64,000 nucleotides of DNA from an uncultured Nitrospinota bacterium (GCA_963707985.1 CAVPRW010000018.1:128001-192000); one strand, 5' to 3'; shown: positions 22,568 to 33,763, numbered from the stretch's first letter. Notes: generated from the letters alone by a model not told the origin. Made by a program: numbers and translations.

Positions 22568-24640
22568 ATGAACCAGTCACAACTTGCACGGCGTAACGCT
22601 CTACTCGCGCGGCAAGATGCAGCGTTGCAGCGTTGGCCCCAGGGAAAAGCTCCGGCCTTTATCGAAGAAGTAACCATGGTCGCACGGGAGTTAGAAGCGC
22701 TCGCGCGCGAAGTTGACGAGCTTGGCGCTGACCGACTGGAACGTGCGCGGACCTGGAGATTCGCTGGGCTTGCATATGCCGATGCAGCCGTCGGGCAGGA
22801 GCTTTTGAAACTCGCTCCTACGGCTCGTGCATTCGGGAACGCTGATGGGCTACTGGAGGGCCTTGAAGAGCCTATCGAGAGGATGAAGCTGGACTATGCT
22901 TACGGACGGGCGCTGTTTCGGCTGTCCCAAGGAAGGGACTTGTCCCTGGCTATGCAGGCACGCGATCGTTTAGCGTCAGCCCTGGAACTGGCGCGTAGCT
23001 TCATGCCGGCGCTTGTCGCATCGGCCGAGGAAGCTCTTGACAGTGCCCAGAAGGGACTGGATTTGGTTTGGGAAGGCACTCTCATCGATCAGCAGATTGC
23101 TGATCTCCCGGCTGGCCTCCGCGAGGATTATCGAAGAAAGGTCGAGGCGGGCTTAATTGCGCCAACACAGCAGTTCGTGTTTGAGGAAGCGATCAAAGAC
23201 ATTGAGCAAATCGCCCGCGGCCACAGCCCCGACTTACAAGTCATGATCGACAACTTGGGGAGAATCCGCGAGCTTTCCCCCCGCCTTATTCCAATAATTG
23301 GCGCAACTGGACAGGACCTGCCGGCCCAATCGCGCGCGGAAGCGATTTGGAAACGCTTTTCGGCTTTGAAAGTCGCGTTACACCAGGACTACTTCCGGAT
23401 ATATGGAGCAGACGAAACGAAAACAGCCGCGCTGGACCTGTACAAGCGCCTGGATCAGGCTGAAATCCTCCTCCGGCAACACGGCGACGACGATCAGTGG
23501 TGCCATCGTTACGAGCACGATGTTCTGCGCCCGCTCGCCTTCGAAGTGCGGACACACCTGCTGCGGAACCACTTGACTCTTGCCTGGCCGATTTGGCCGT
23601 CAACTTCCCGAGCTCACGATGCAAGCAGCGTCTTCTACTCCGGCCATCCGCGAGGCCTAAATTTGGTCGCCAGTGCCTGCGAACGCACCGGCCTCAGCCT
23701 TCAGAGTCCACAGGTGGCAATCAACTATGCCTCCGCGCGTTGGGACGCGTTACGGTCCAGCCAGATTGCAGTTTTTGACTTCACGGCATGCTCGCTTGTC
23801 GACGTCGGTAAGCCCGTGCCTCTCTCCACCGCAAGTGCAGTAGCTGCTACAGCCTACGAGCTAGGCATGGCGCTGACAATCGGATGCCCAGTAGTCATCA
23901 TCGCTGCTGAGAACCAGGAGATACCCTTTGATGTCGATATCACTCCTGTTCGTCTCCAGGATGCCCTCGGAGATGTGCAGCTGGTACTCGATGCTCTGGA
24001 GGGTACAGTGTACGGCATCCAACGTCGTCAACGCGGAAATGCGCTGCCGGCAGCTCGGGCATATCTGCGGCAGCGGATGGACGGCGAACGGAACCCTACG
24101 CTCGCAGCAGCCCTCAGCACAGTGGACGAATCCATCGACCAGAATGCTGTTAAGCTTCGACGACTGACCGAAAGCGTGTTGGGTTACGCCGGGGAATCGC
24201 AAACGGAGATCATTTTCCCTACCTGGCCTGGAAGTTATCCTGACAACACCCATCGACTCCTCTTTCATGTGACACCTTTCAGACCTGACTGGGCCAGCCA
24301 GACCATGGAAATTGCGAGTCAAGCCTGTGTGGAATCGATAGTGCCTACGACCTACGTGCGAGGAGACCATGTGCTAGAGCCGGACATCATCGGTTCAATA
24401 TGGAACAATCTCTGCTGCGCTACCCACATCCTTGTGGACCTAACGGGACTCAACCCAAACGTGACATTGGAACTCGGCATTGCCCACACACTCGGCCAGA
24501 ATGTGATGCTAATCAGTCAGGATGATCCTGAGACCTTTCCCCATCTCGCCAAGGCACGCGTACATCGATACACTCTCAGCCCTTCCAACCCACGGTCGCT
24601 GCGAAGGAGACTCGATCAGTTCCTCTCCGGAGCGCTTTGA
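22568..24640 (+). CDS. Helical protein with two nucleoside 2-deoxyribosyltransferase-like domains
   Basis: The family pattern appears twice: IAVFDFT...ATAYELGMALTIG...IPFDV and ILVDLTGLNPNVTLELGIAHTLG. RBS GGAGG. Confidence 0.7.
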   Translation: MNQSQLARRNALLARQDAALQRWPQGKAPAFIEEVTMVARELEALAREVDELGADRLERARTWRFAGLAYADAAVGQELLKLAPTARAFGNADGLLEGLEEPIERMKLDYAYGRALFRLSQGRDLSLAMQARDRLASALELARSFMPALVASAEEALDSAQKGLDLVWEGTLIDQQIADLPAGLREDYRRKVEAGLIAPTQQFVFEEAIKDIEQIARGHSPDLQVMIDNLGRIRELSPRLIPIIGATGQDLPAQSRAEAIWKRFSALKVALHQDYFRIYGADETKTAALDLYKRLDQAEILLRQHGDDDQWCHRYEHDVLRPLAFEVRTHLLRNHLTLAWPIWPSTSRAHDASSVFYSGHPRGLNLVASACERTGLSLQSPQVAINYASARWDALRSSQIAVFDFTACSLVDVGKPVPLSTASAVAATAYELGMALTIGCPVVIIAAENQEIPFDVDITPVRLQDALGDVQLVLDALEGTVYGIQRRQRGNALPAARAYLRQRMDGERNPTLAAALSTVDESIDQNAVKLRRLTESVLGYAGESQTEIIFPTWPGSYPDNTHRLLFHVTPFRPDWASQTMEIASQACVESIVPTTYVRGDHVLEPDIIGSIWNNLCCATHILVDLTGLNPNVTLELGIAHTLGQNVMLISQDDPETFPHLAKARVHRYTLSPSNPRSLRRRLDQFLSGAL

Positions 24641-24835
24641 ACTCGGCTTGAAGCGCCGCGCATTCGGGCCGTTCGGCCACATGATGATTCTGTCTTTGGG
24701 AGGGTTCCCATGGAGCAATCTGCCAGCGACTGGTTCTTGGATGGTCCAGATCTATGGGACCTTCGAGGGAGCGGCATATGATTCTGGGGCGACCCGGCTG
24801 ATCGGTGTGCATTACCATCACAGCAAGGACTGACC

Positions 24836-25375
24836 ATGGCTTCCATCATGATCATTTCGGGGTGTCTTGGAACCGGCAAGACTACACTGGCCAAAGCACT
24901 CGCGCATGCGGAACCCGCAGGCCTTCACCTCATCACGGATACGTTTTATCACTTCCCAGCGCATCCGCTCGACCCTACCACGGATGAGGCTCATACACAA
25001 AACACCACGATCATGCGCGCGAGTGGGCGCGCTGCGGCAGCCTTTGTGGAAGGCGGCTACGAGGTTTTTCTCGACGGGGTGGTTGGCCCGTGGTTCCTGC
25101 CCACGTTGTTACGCGAGTGGAACGCTGTCGAGCGCGTGGAGTACGTGATTCTGCGGGCCACGCTTGCCGAAGAGTTGGCGCGTGTGTTGAGACGAGATGG
25201 GCCAGCGACACAACACCGCGTGTACAACATGCACGATGCGTTTGCCGATCTGGCAGGCTATGCGAAGCACGTCATCGAGACAACAGGGCGGCTGCCAGAG
25301 GGCGTGCATGCCGAATGCCTCTATCGCCGCCGAAGACACGAATTTTCGCTCGACACCAATGTGGTGGTTCCCTGA
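24836..25375 (+). CDS. Small P-loop kinase / AAA_33 family protein
   Basis: Walker A IISGCLGTGKTT, plus DGVVGPWFL and a LID-like R...R. RBS AAGGA. Confidence 0.8.
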   Translation: MASIMIISGCLGTGKTTLAKALAHAEPAGLHLITDTFYHFPAHPLDPTTDEAHTQNTTIMRASGRAAAAFVEGGYEVFLDGVVGPWFLPTLLREWNAVERVEYVILRATLAEELARVLRRDGPATQHRVYNMHDAFADLAGYAKHVIETTGRLPEGVHAECLYRRRRHEFSLDTNVVVP

Positions 25376-25662
25376 GGGAACAGAGGTCAGAACTGTTTCT
25401 CGATGCCAAGGCTCTGGTAACCCCAACCATGGACGCACAGCAGATAGCCGAGGCAAAGCGGGGACACGAAGTCTATATGATGCTGCGTCATCTCGATGCG
25501 CGTCGCCACCAGATTGAGGTCGACCTGTTGCACGTTTTGGCTGGGGAAATGTTGCCCCAGGGCAAGTCCCTTTCGCATCCTGACGCAGCTGACTTGGCAC
25601 AGAAATCGACGGCAACTCTAAAGAAACCTTGGATTGTTTGATGACCTCACTCGTATGCTGGC

Positions 25663-25753
25663 CATGAACGCGCACCCGTCGCGAGCGGGCTGCGCCGGCT
25701 GGCTTTGGGTCGGATAGCGCTAGGGGCAACCCGCGCTCAACTTTCCGATTGGC
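25663..25753 (+). other. Possible highly degenerate attC-like site
   Basis: CATGAAC ... GAGCGGG / CCCGCGCTC-AACTTTCC-GATTGGC, directly before the RBS of the next gene. Confidence 0.3.
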
Positions 25754-25786
25754 TGTGACGCGGAGCGAACTTACAGGAGGGACAAG

Positions 25787-27085
25787 ATGGCAACTGATCG
25801 GCCGATGCAAGCGATGGAATATATGCAACGATGGCTGAGCTACGCCCCACCACCTCCCGAACGGCGAGCGAACTCCTACGATGCATTTATCAGCTACCGT
25901 TCATCTGACCGCGGGTGGGCAATGGCTTTATACGATGCTCTGAAGCTCGCAGGCTGGGATGCATTTTTGGACCAGTACGATCTTGTTCCTGGCACCAACC
26001 TGGAAACCTCTTTGGCAGAAGCGCTGGAGGCAAGCTCGTCGGGGGTGATCCTGTGGTCGAGCCGTACAAAGGATTCCGCCTGGTGCACCAACGAACGCAA
26101 TGCCATGAGAACCCTCAAGGATCGGCATAAAACCTTCAACTACGTGTTTGCCAAGCTCGATGCTGAGCCGCTGCCCCGATTCGCTCAAGCAGATTTGTAC
26201 ATCGACTTCGAGGAGAGTCCGGAGGGAGCACGGGGCGTCAACCTGCTCAAACTCATGTGTGGGATGAGGGGCATAACCCTCACGCCTGAGGCGGTCGCGA
26301 TGGCCCAGCAGGTTGACCAGGATGCGACACAAATACTGATTGCCATCAAGGGCGCAGTCGAGGCAGAAAACCCAGCCCGGCTTGTATCGATCGGAACTTC
26401 CGCGGAACCCGGTGTCATAGCCTCACCCACCCCAGTACTGACAGCGGCGCAGGGGCTTATCAGCCTGGGGAAATACGACGACGCTCGCGAGGTGCTGAAG
26501 CACGCCCAGGCGCACTTCCCCAAGTCCATTCGCGCCAAACAGCTGGAAGGGCTGGCGCTACGACGCCTCGAGAGATACCAGGAAGCCATCGACGTACTGT
26601 CGGAGCTCAAAGCCGCCGGTCACCAGGATCCCGAAACACTGGGCATACTTGGCGCCGCGTGGGATGGCCGTTACCAGGAGTCGCGGAAGACGCTGCATCT
26701 TCGCAAGGCGCGCGAACTCTACCGCACCGCTTTCCAAAGTGATCCGACCAGCTATTACACGGATATCAACGCCGCATCGAAATCACTCTTCCTCGGCGAT
26801 TCGGTGGAAGCCGCAACGTTGGCCACCAACGTCTTTCCACTGGTCAAACACGCGAGCGACGGGGACGATTTCTATGCCGGCTGCACGTTGGGTGAGGTCT
26901 ATCTATTGCAGCGCGATGTCGACTCCGCTGCCGCGCAATATCAACGGGTCATCGATAGGCATCCCGGCCAGGTCGGCGACCTCGCCGGGATACGGCGACA
27001 GGCGAAGAGGATTTGCCTCGCACACAAACTATCGGAGGAAGACACGAAGAAGGTGCTTGCTCCGTTCGAGCTGCTCGATGGCTGA
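25787..27085 (+). CDS. TIR domain fused to a TPR (TRAF-binding/TPR-S-like) domain
   Basis: TIR motifs YDAFISYRSSD, AFLDQ and SAWCTNE (catalytic Glu retained). The TPR-S-like region has PETLGILG and YY..INAAS. Confidence 0.8.
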   Translation: MATDRPMQAMEYMQRWLSYAPPPPERRANSYDAFISYRSSDRGWAMALYDALKLAGWDAFLDQYDLVPGTNLETSLAEALEASSSGVILWSSRTKDSAWCTNERNAMRTLKDRHKTFNYVFAKLDAEPLPRFAQADLYIDFEESPEGARGVNLLKLMCGMRGITLTPEAVAMAQQVDQDATQILIAIKGAVEAENPARLVSIGTSAEPGVIASPTPVLTAAQGLISLGKYDDAREVLKHAQAHFPKSIRAKQLEGLALRRLERYQEAIDVLSELKAAGHQDPETLGILGAAWDGRYQESRKTLHLRKARELYRTAFQSDPTSYYTDINAASKSLFLGDSVEAATLATNVFPLVKHASDGDDFYAGCTLGEVYLLQRDVDSAAAQYQRVIDRHPGQVGDLAGIRRQAKRICLAHKLSEEDTKKVLAPFELLDG

Positions 27086-27230
27086 TATTGAGCGGCTGTG
27101 TTTGACGATCATTCATACAAACGCAGATGCTGACGCAAAGACTTCGCAAATCATCAAACTTGCTGTTTCGTATACAGAGCACATCGTCGGGTTTAGGCGG
27201 AATGCCAATCGATCCAAAGGAGAACGACTC

Positions 27231-28190
27231 ATGAACTCATCAGCATCCAAAGGACGCGACCATGAGTGGCTCGAATATTATAAGCGATTCCCTTACTTTT
27301 CAGCCGAGGCGGTGCGTGAGGGTTGCCATCCGAGAATCATGGAACATGCAGGCCCCACAGCCAAAGCCATCGTGCTCGTGCACGGCCTCAGCGACTCACC
27401 ATATCTCATGACAGCCATTGGGGACTATTTCTTTCGAAATCTCGGGTATAACGTCTACTTGCCTCTCCTCCAAGGGCATGGCCTTAAGGAACCGAAGGGG
27501 ATGGAAGGTACGATACTGGACGAATGGAAGGCGAACGTCAACTTCGCGGTGGATATTGCCGCGCCGAAAGCCGAACAGATCTCTATCGGCGGTTTGTCCA
27601 CTGGTGGAGCACTGAGCTTTTACACTGCCGCGAAGCACCCCAAAATGAATGGTACTGTGTATTTATTCTCCGCAGCACTCGACCTTGCGGGTGGTCTTGG
27701 CGGCGTTGTCGGTGAGCTGGCTGGCAATCTGCTCGGTGAGCTGAAGGAACGACTACTACGCACACCGGTGGCCGATCTCGTCGATTTCTTCGACAATGCC
27801 AAGCCTCTGATCGGCGACGATCCCTACCGCTATGCCCGCATAGACCTGGACGGCGCCCGGGAATTGTCCAAACTGATCGAGGAAACGGACGCACTCATTA
27901 ATGGATTCAACCCGAAAGCGCCGTTTTCGAGGCGAGTCTTTGCGGCGCATTCCGAGAGTGATGCGACCGCGGATATTACGGGCATCGAAGCCCTGCAAAA
28001 GGTCTCAGCTCCCGGCAAGTTCGTGTTTTATCGCATCCCCGAAGCAGCGAGGGTGTCGCACGTAAGCCTCGTGCTGAAAGAGCCCATTTACGGCATCGGT
28101 ACTTCGCCCAGTGCTAAACCATTGGTCAAAGCGAACCCTCAGTTTCAAGACATGATGGAGGCCATCGCGGCATTGGAGAGGTCGGTGTGA
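27231..28190 (+). CDS. Alpha/beta hydrolase (carboxylesterase-like)
   Basis: LVHGLSDSP, nucleophile GLSTGG, HSESD and VSH. AAGGAG precedes ATG 27231. Confidence 0.85.
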   Translation: MNSSASKGRDHEWLEYYKRFPYFSAEAVREGCHPRIMEHAGPTAKAIVLVHGLSDSPYLMTAIGDYFFRNLGYNVYLPLLQGHGLKEPKGMEGTILDEWKANVNFAVDIAAPKAEQISIGGLSTGGALSFYTAAKHPKMNGTVYLFSAALDLAGGLGGVVGELAGNLLGELKERLLRTPVADLVDFFDNAKPLIGDDPYRYARIDLDGARELSKLIEETDALINGFNPKAPFSRRVFAAHSESDATADITGIEALQKVSAPGKFVFYRIPEAARVSHVSLVLKEPIYGIGTSPSAKPLVKANPQFQDMMEAIAALERSV

Positions 28191-28221
28191 CCCGGGCAAT
28201 ATTGAGAGCGGGTCGAGAAGC

Positions 28222-29764
28222 TTATTTGTTCTCCAGGGGCACGCGCCCGTAAATCTCGGTCAGCTCGCGCAGGCGGACGGCTAACTCCGCGGTGAGCAGG
28301 TCAGGGGCATAGCGCCACTGCCAATTCCCCTCTGGCCTACCGGGGTAATTCATGCGCGCCTCCTCCCCCAGGCCCAACACATCTTGTAGTGGGACGATGG
28401 CGAGGTTTCCTACTGAGGCGAAGGCCAGGCGGATCATATCCCAATGCACTTCATGCCCATCGGAGGCCATATACTTGAGCGCTGCGGTGCGTTCGGCCTG
28501 CATCGGTTCGAGGCCATCGCCACTGGCCAATTGTTCGACCTCATCTAACCAGCCAAGGCTCGTATTGTTATCGTGGGTGCCAGTGTAGACCACGCAATCA
28601 CGGGTATGGTTGTAAGGACAATGCTCGTTCGTGCGGGGGTCGCCGCCGAAGCCGAATTGCAGCACGCGCATGCCTGGCAACCGGAAGCGTTTTCGCAGGG
28701 CACGCACCTCAGGCGTGATCAGTCCCAAATCTTCGGCCACCATCGGCAACTCGCCCAACGCCTCGTGCACGTGTCTCAAAGAAGGCCGCGCCTGGACCTT
28801 TGACCCAACGACCCTTGATCGCTGTGTCTTCAGCCGCTGGCACCTCCCAGTAGGCTTCAAAACCCCGAAAGTGATCCAAGCGGATGAGATCCACCATTTC
28901 ACGCGTGGTCCGCAGGCGCTGAATCCACCAAGCATACCCTGAGGTCCTCATCACATCCCAGCGATAGAGCGGATTCCCCCAGCGCTGCCCCGTCTGGCTG
29001 AAGTAGTCTGGCGGCACCCCTGCCACCACCGATGGGTTGCCGGAAGCATCCAGATAGAACAGCTCGGGATGTGCCCACACATCGGCGCTATCGTGCGCGA
29101 CGAAAATGGGCACGTCGCCGAAGAGCTGGATATCATGTTGGTGGCATGCGGTCTTCAGGTCCCGCCATTGGCGGGAGAACTGGTACTGCAGGAAGGTGTG
29201 GAATTGGACATGGGGTGCGAGCCTTTTACGCCAAGCCGTCATCGCATCCGGTTCGCGTCCCACGACGGCGTGTTCCCACTCGGTCCACGACACGCCACCG
29301 TGGGCCTCTTTGAGCGCCATGAACAGCGTATAATCATCGAGCCACTCCGCCTGACGTTGGCTGAAGGCAGCCAGGTCGTTGCGTTGAGACAGAGCGGCGG
29401 TGCGCTGAAACGTCTCGAAGGCTTTCCACAGTAGGCCCTGTTTGAGCTCGCCGACCGCGTCATACTCGACTCGATGCGGCGGAAATGGCGGCACATGAGC
29501 GAGATCGCTCGCAGATAGCAAACCCTCTGCCTGCAATGTCTCGATGCTCAGCAGCAAGTGATTGCCCGCAAAGGCCGAATAGGCCTGGTACGGGGAATTG
29601 CCGTACCCGGTGGGACCGAGTGGCAACAGCTGCCACACATGCTGGCAGCTGTCCTTCAAAAAACGCACGAATTGATACGCCCCGGCACCGAGATCACCGA
29701 TGCCGAATGGACCGGGGAGCGACGTGGGATGCAATAGGATGCCGCTAGCTCTATGACATTGCAC
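28222..29764 (-). CDS. malQ: 4-alpha-glucanotransferase (GH77), frameshifted near 28775
   Basis: Motifs GILLHPTSLP, WQLLPLGP, GQRWGNPLY, RLDHFRGF, AEDLG, YTGTHDN and MNYPG...GNW.WR. Confidence 0.92.
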
Positions 29765-30045
29765 ATGCAGGCCCTTTTTATTTGGCTACCCCTAGATCCT
29801 TGCCATACAAAGTGGAGGGATTCTCACAGGTCATTATAGGAGCTGACACAGGAATGTGCTAGGTCAGAAGGTGCGCCTTGGGGTGACCGTCCAAAACGCT
29901 GGTGCCCAATCGGCGAGCAATGCTTGCTTGCCTAGGACTGCCGTCCCCGAGTACAATCAGAAAATCACGTGCGTTGTTGCCCCATCGTATCACCGATGCC
30001 GTGCAGGTCACATCTCGTCATGAAGCCCCGTGGAGACGAAGAATC

Positions 30046-30522
30046 ATGAACACTGAGGTTCGGATACGCATTGACAGACGCGAACCTTTTGCTGACGGCG
30101 TGGCTTTCGGCGAGGTGGGCCCGTATGAGCACCTCGCAGGACATGTCCGCTTCGCCATCGATCCTAACGATCCTGCCAATCGCACCATCGTGGACCTCGA
30201 TCATGCGCCTCGCAATGCCGCCGGACTCGTGGAGTATTCGACCGACATCTACATCCTGAAACCTCTCGAGCTCGGGTGCGGCAACCGGCGTCTGCTCTAC
30301 GACGTCAATAACCGCGGCACCATCCGCGCCCTGCAGTTCTTCAACGATGCGCCACATAGCAATACACCAAGCACAGTCGCCCATGCCGGCAATGGCTTTC
30401 TGATGCGGCGAGGTTATACCGTGGTCGCGTCGGGATGGCAGGGGGACATGCTGCCGGATGAGGGGCGGCTGACGATCCAGGTGCCCATTGCACAGGAGAG
30501 GCGTAGCGCTATGCTAGCATAA
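30046..30522 (+). pseudogene. N-terminal fragment of a large alpha/beta-hydrolase-domain protein
   Basis: FGEVGPYE, DP.DPAN..IVDL, LLYDVNNRG and GYTVVASGWQGD are present. The gene then stops abruptly at ~158 aa. Confidence 0.65.
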
Positions 30523-30540
30523 GGCATGTAGGAGGATCCT

Positions 30541-31293
30541 ATGCGACTCCAGGGGAAGATTGCCCTGATCAGCGGTGGGGCACGCGGCATGGGTGCCGTC
30601 GAGGCCCGTCTGTTTGCCAAAGAAGGCGCCATGGTAACCATCGGCGATGTGTTAGAAGACGAGGGCCGCAAATTAGAGGCGGAGATCAATGCCACGGGCG
30701 GCGAAGCCCTGTTTGTGCGCCTCGACGTCACCCGCGAGGCGGATTGGCAAAAGGCGGTCGAGGCTACGGTCCAGCGCTTCGGCAAGCTCGATGTCCTGGT
30801 CAATAACGCCGGGATCAGCGGACGCGGCCGGGTCGAGGATACGGCCGTTGAAGAGTGGGATCGAGTCATGGACGTCAACGCCAAGGGTGTCTTCCTGGGC
30901 ACCAAAGTCGCCATTCCGGCGATGCGGCAGGGAGGCGGCGGCTCGATCATCAATATTTCCTCACAACTCGGTCTGGTGGGTACTGACCATAGTAGTCCGC
31001 AATATCAGGCGTCCAAGGGTGCCGTGCGCTTGCTCACCAAGGCCACGGCCATCCAGTATGCGAAGGAAGGGATCCGGGCTAATTCGGTTCATCCGGGGCC
31101 GATCGTGACGCCCATGACCGAAGCCGCGCGCGCTGACCCTGAGCGCTATCGATTGATGCTGTCACGGGTGCCTCTAGGCTGCTATGGAGAGCCTGAGGAT
31201 GTGGCCTACGGGGTTCTGTATCTGGCCTCAGACGAAGCGCGATGGGTTACGGGCAGTGAGTTGGTGATCGATGGCGGGTGGACGGCGCAGTAG
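30541..31293 (+). CDS. Classical SDR oxidoreductase
   Basis: Motifs SGGARGMG, NNAG, YQASK and DGG.TA. Confidence 0.93.
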   Translation: MRLQGKIALISGGARGMGAVEARLFAKEGAMVTIGDVLEDEGRKLEAEINATGGEALFVRLDVTREADWQKAVEATVQRFGKLDVLVNNAGISGRGRVEDTAVEEWDRVMDVNAKGVFLGTKVAIPAMRQGGGGSIINISSQLGLVGTDHSSPQYQASKGAVRLLTKATAIQYAKEGIRANSVHPGPIVTPMTEAARADPERYRLMLSRVPLGCYGEPEDVAYGVLYLASDEARWVTGSELVIDGGWTAQ

Positions 31294-31412
31294 CGCTTAT
31301 GGTCCCTCTCTCCTCAGGAAAGGGTTAAAGTGGGGGATAAGCGCAGGCGTAAAGCCCTCTCACCCTAGCCCTTTTCTGGTGGGAGAGGGAGTACAGACAG
31401 GAGGGATCGTTC

Positions 31413-31616
31413 ATGGCAGAGTCCGAAGGCATTTCGATTGACCATCTCCATGCCCTCGCGGCGCGAGCTGGTCTTGCACTGAAACAGGAAGAACTGACCG
31501 CACTCAAGCCGATGTTTGATTATTACGCCAAGCAAGTCAGTGTGCTCTTCGAGGTTGAGCTGGATGCAGAAGACCCAGCCGTGATGTATTCGCCGAATTG
31601 GGACCCCCAGAGCTAA
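31413..31616 (+). CDS. Small amidase-associated protein (GatC/AtzG-like)
   Basis: 67-aa ORF with an RBS, directly upstream of the amidase. Pattern LAARAGL.L..EEL. Confidence 0.5.
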   Translation: MAESEGISIDHLHALAARAGLALKQEELTALKPMFDYYAKQVSVLFEVELDAEDPAVMYSPNWDPQS

Positions 31617-31625
31617 GGTGCCGCT

Positions 31626-33032
31626 ATGACACAGACGCAAACAGAACTCTGTTATTTGACCATCCGTGAGGCTGGACGCCTGATACAGAGCGGGCAAGTG
31701 TCCCCAGTCGAGTTGACGCGCGCATTTCTGAACCGCATCGCGCAACTCGACACCACGCTGAAGGCCTACATTACCGTCCTCCCCGAGCGCGCTCTGGCGG
31801 AGGCGCGGCACGCCGAAGCCGAGATCTTGCGAGGAGATTATCGCGGGCCGCTGCATGGCATTCCGATTGCCTTGAAGGATCTCTACGATACCCAGGGTAT
31901 CCGCACCACCGCCAGCTCCAGGGTCATGGCCACTCGTGTCCCCAGTGAGGATGCGACCACGACCGCCCGTCTCGCAGCCGCGGGGAGTATTTTACTCGGA
32001 AAGTTGGCGATGCATGAGTTCGCGCTCGGTGGTCCCGACCCGACGTGTGGTTTTCCCCTCGCACGCAATCCCTGGAATCTCGACCACATCCCCGGCGGCT
32101 CGAGCAGCGGCTCCGGCACGGCTGTCGCGGCAGGGCTCTGCATGGGCTCACTGGGCTCCTGCACCGGCGGCTCGATCCGGGGCCCGGCCTCCTACTGCAG
32201 CATCGTCGGCCTCAAACCGACCTACGGACGGGTCAGTCGGTATGGTGTGGTACCGTTGAGTTGGACGCTGGACCATTGTGGGCCGATGACCTGGACGGTC
32301 GAAGACACCGCCATCATGCTGCAGGCCATCGCTGGCTACGATCCTAAAGATGCCACCTCGAGCCGGGCGCCGGTGCCGGATTATGCCGCGTCGCTTATCG
32401 AGAATGTGAAGGGTATGACGATCGGCGTTCCACGGCATTATTTCTTCGCCGACAATCCGAGCATCAACCGCGAAACCTTGAGCGTGGTCGAAACCGCCTT
32501 GAAGACGCTGCAAGAACTGGGAGCTCGTGTGGTGGAGGTGAAAATTCCCGGCCTGCAATATGCGGGAGCGGCCCAGCCGGTGATTATGCTCAGCGAAGCA
32601 TTTGCCTATCATGCGCGCAATCTGCGCAGCAAGCCCGAAGAGTTTGGCGACATGGTGCGCGCCCGGTTCCGCACGGGGGCTCTGTTCAGTGCGGGGGAAT
32701 ATGTGCAGGCGCAGCGCGTGCGCAACGTGATCAAGCGTGACTTCGCCAATGTGCTGCAGCAAGTAGACCTCATCGCCTCGCCGACCATGTCCAATCCGCC
32801 TCCGGAATTCAAGAGCGTCGATGTCATGACGACGGCGCGAGTCCCAAGTTTCACCGGTCCGTACAATCTGACGGGAATGCCGGCGATTTCGGTGCCGTGC
32901 GGGTTTAACGCCAATGGGTTGCCGATTGGCCTACAACTGGCAGGTAAGCCCTTCGACGAATCAACGGTGCTGCGGGCGGCCTACACCTTCCAGCAGCATG
33001 TGCGCCTGTTCGAGAAACGGCCACCGGTGTGA
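31626..33032 (+). CDS. Amidase signature family enzyme (GatA-like)
   Basis: Motifs GPLHGIPIALKD, PGGSSSGS, GSCTGGSIRGPA and GLKPTYGRVS. Confidence 0.93.
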   Translation: MTQTQTELCYLTIREAGRLIQSGQVSPVELTRAFLNRIAQLDTTLKAYITVLPERALAEARHAEAEILRGDYRGPLHGIPIALKDLYDTQGIRTTASSRVMATRVPSEDATTTARLAAAGSILLGKLAMHEFALGGPDPTCGFPLARNPWNLDHIPGGSSSGSGTAVAAGLCMGSLGSCTGGSIRGPASYCSIVGLKPTYGRVSRYGVVPLSWTLDHCGPMTWTVEDTAIMLQAIAGYDPKDATSSRAPVPDYAASLIENVKGMTIGVPRHYFFADNPSINRETLSVVETALKTLQELGARVVEVKIPGLQYAGAAQPVIMLSEAFAYHARNLRSKPEEFGDMVRARFRTGALFSAGEYVQAQRVRNVIKRDFANVLQQVDLIASPTMSNPPPEFKSVDVMTTARVPSFTGPYNLTGMPAISVPCGFNANGLPIGLQLAGKPFDESTVLRAAYTFQQHVRLFEKRPPV

Positions 33033-33059
33033 GAGACCAGCACATAAATGGTGTTTAAA

Positions 33060-33306
33060 GGATGAACGCACCGCTGGCATCGTCATTACGTCACTTTCCT
33101 GTCCCCTGCTGCTCGTCACCGGTACGGACGATCAAGCCTGGCCAGCTGAGCGCTACCGTGATCTCGGGCTGAAGCCCGACCATTTCAGCGCCGAGTCTGC
33201 CTCACACTGGGGGTTGGTACTGAACCGTCGGGTCCTGGGAACGATGATTCCAGCCGTGCTGAGCTGGCTTGGGAACATCATTCAGCAGGAAACGTCTATA
33301 CGGTGA
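33060..33306 (+). pseudogene. C-terminal fragment of an alpha/beta hydrolase
   Basis: LSCPLLLVTGTDD...ASHWGLVL...VLSWL, with no start codon or N-terminal part. Confidence 0.4.
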
Positions 33307-33400
33307 GTGCCATATGCATCGCAGTGCCGATCGAGTGATCAAGCCGATGCTTATCCTAGTCCTTTTGCCGCTCGAGCGGGAGACGCATGAGGGCAGGGAA

Positions 33401-33763
33401 CTAACCCGACGGCTGCTGCAGCAGCTGCAAGATGTTGCCATCGGGATCGAAGAAGGTGGCGACCCAACCACCCCACTCTTCCTGCGTTGGGGGTTTGAGA
33501 AACGTCACGCCCTTGGCGCAGAGGGCGGCGTGTATGCGATGGATGTCATCGACTCCCAGGTTGATCATGATACGATAGGGATCCCGCGCGGGACCACTGA
33601 CCCTGGCGTGCTTGCCGAGGCTCAGCCGCATGTCGCCCCAACGAAACGCGATGAAGTGCGGCCGGATCGAGTGAGGCGTAAGCTCTAGTGTATCCCGATA
33701 GAATGTCAAGAGCCGATCCAGATCTTCGGTCCAGATGATGACACCGACGATACCATCGATCAT
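33401..33763 (-). CDS. VOC/glyoxalase family protein
   Basis: Motifs DLDRLLTFYRDTL, VDDI and EEWGG.VATFFDPDGNILQL. GGAGAG precedes ATG 33763. Confidence 0.85.
   Translation of the reverse strand: MIDGIVGVIIWTEDLDRLLTFYRDTLELTPHSIRPHFIAFRWGDMRLSLGKHARVSGPARDPYRIMINLGVDDIHRIHAALCAKGVTFLKPPTQEEWGGWVATFFDPDGNILQLLQQPSG

Noticed and set aside
24634..24680. attC after the NDT-like gene (TTTGAAC...GTTCGGC)
   Set aside because: It is too short (~45 bp) and has no convincing L boxes. At most a remnant.
26649..27230. 194-aa N-terminal extension of the alpha/beta hydrolase
   Set aside because: It overlaps the TIR gene out of frame, and there is a good RBS at ATG 27231.
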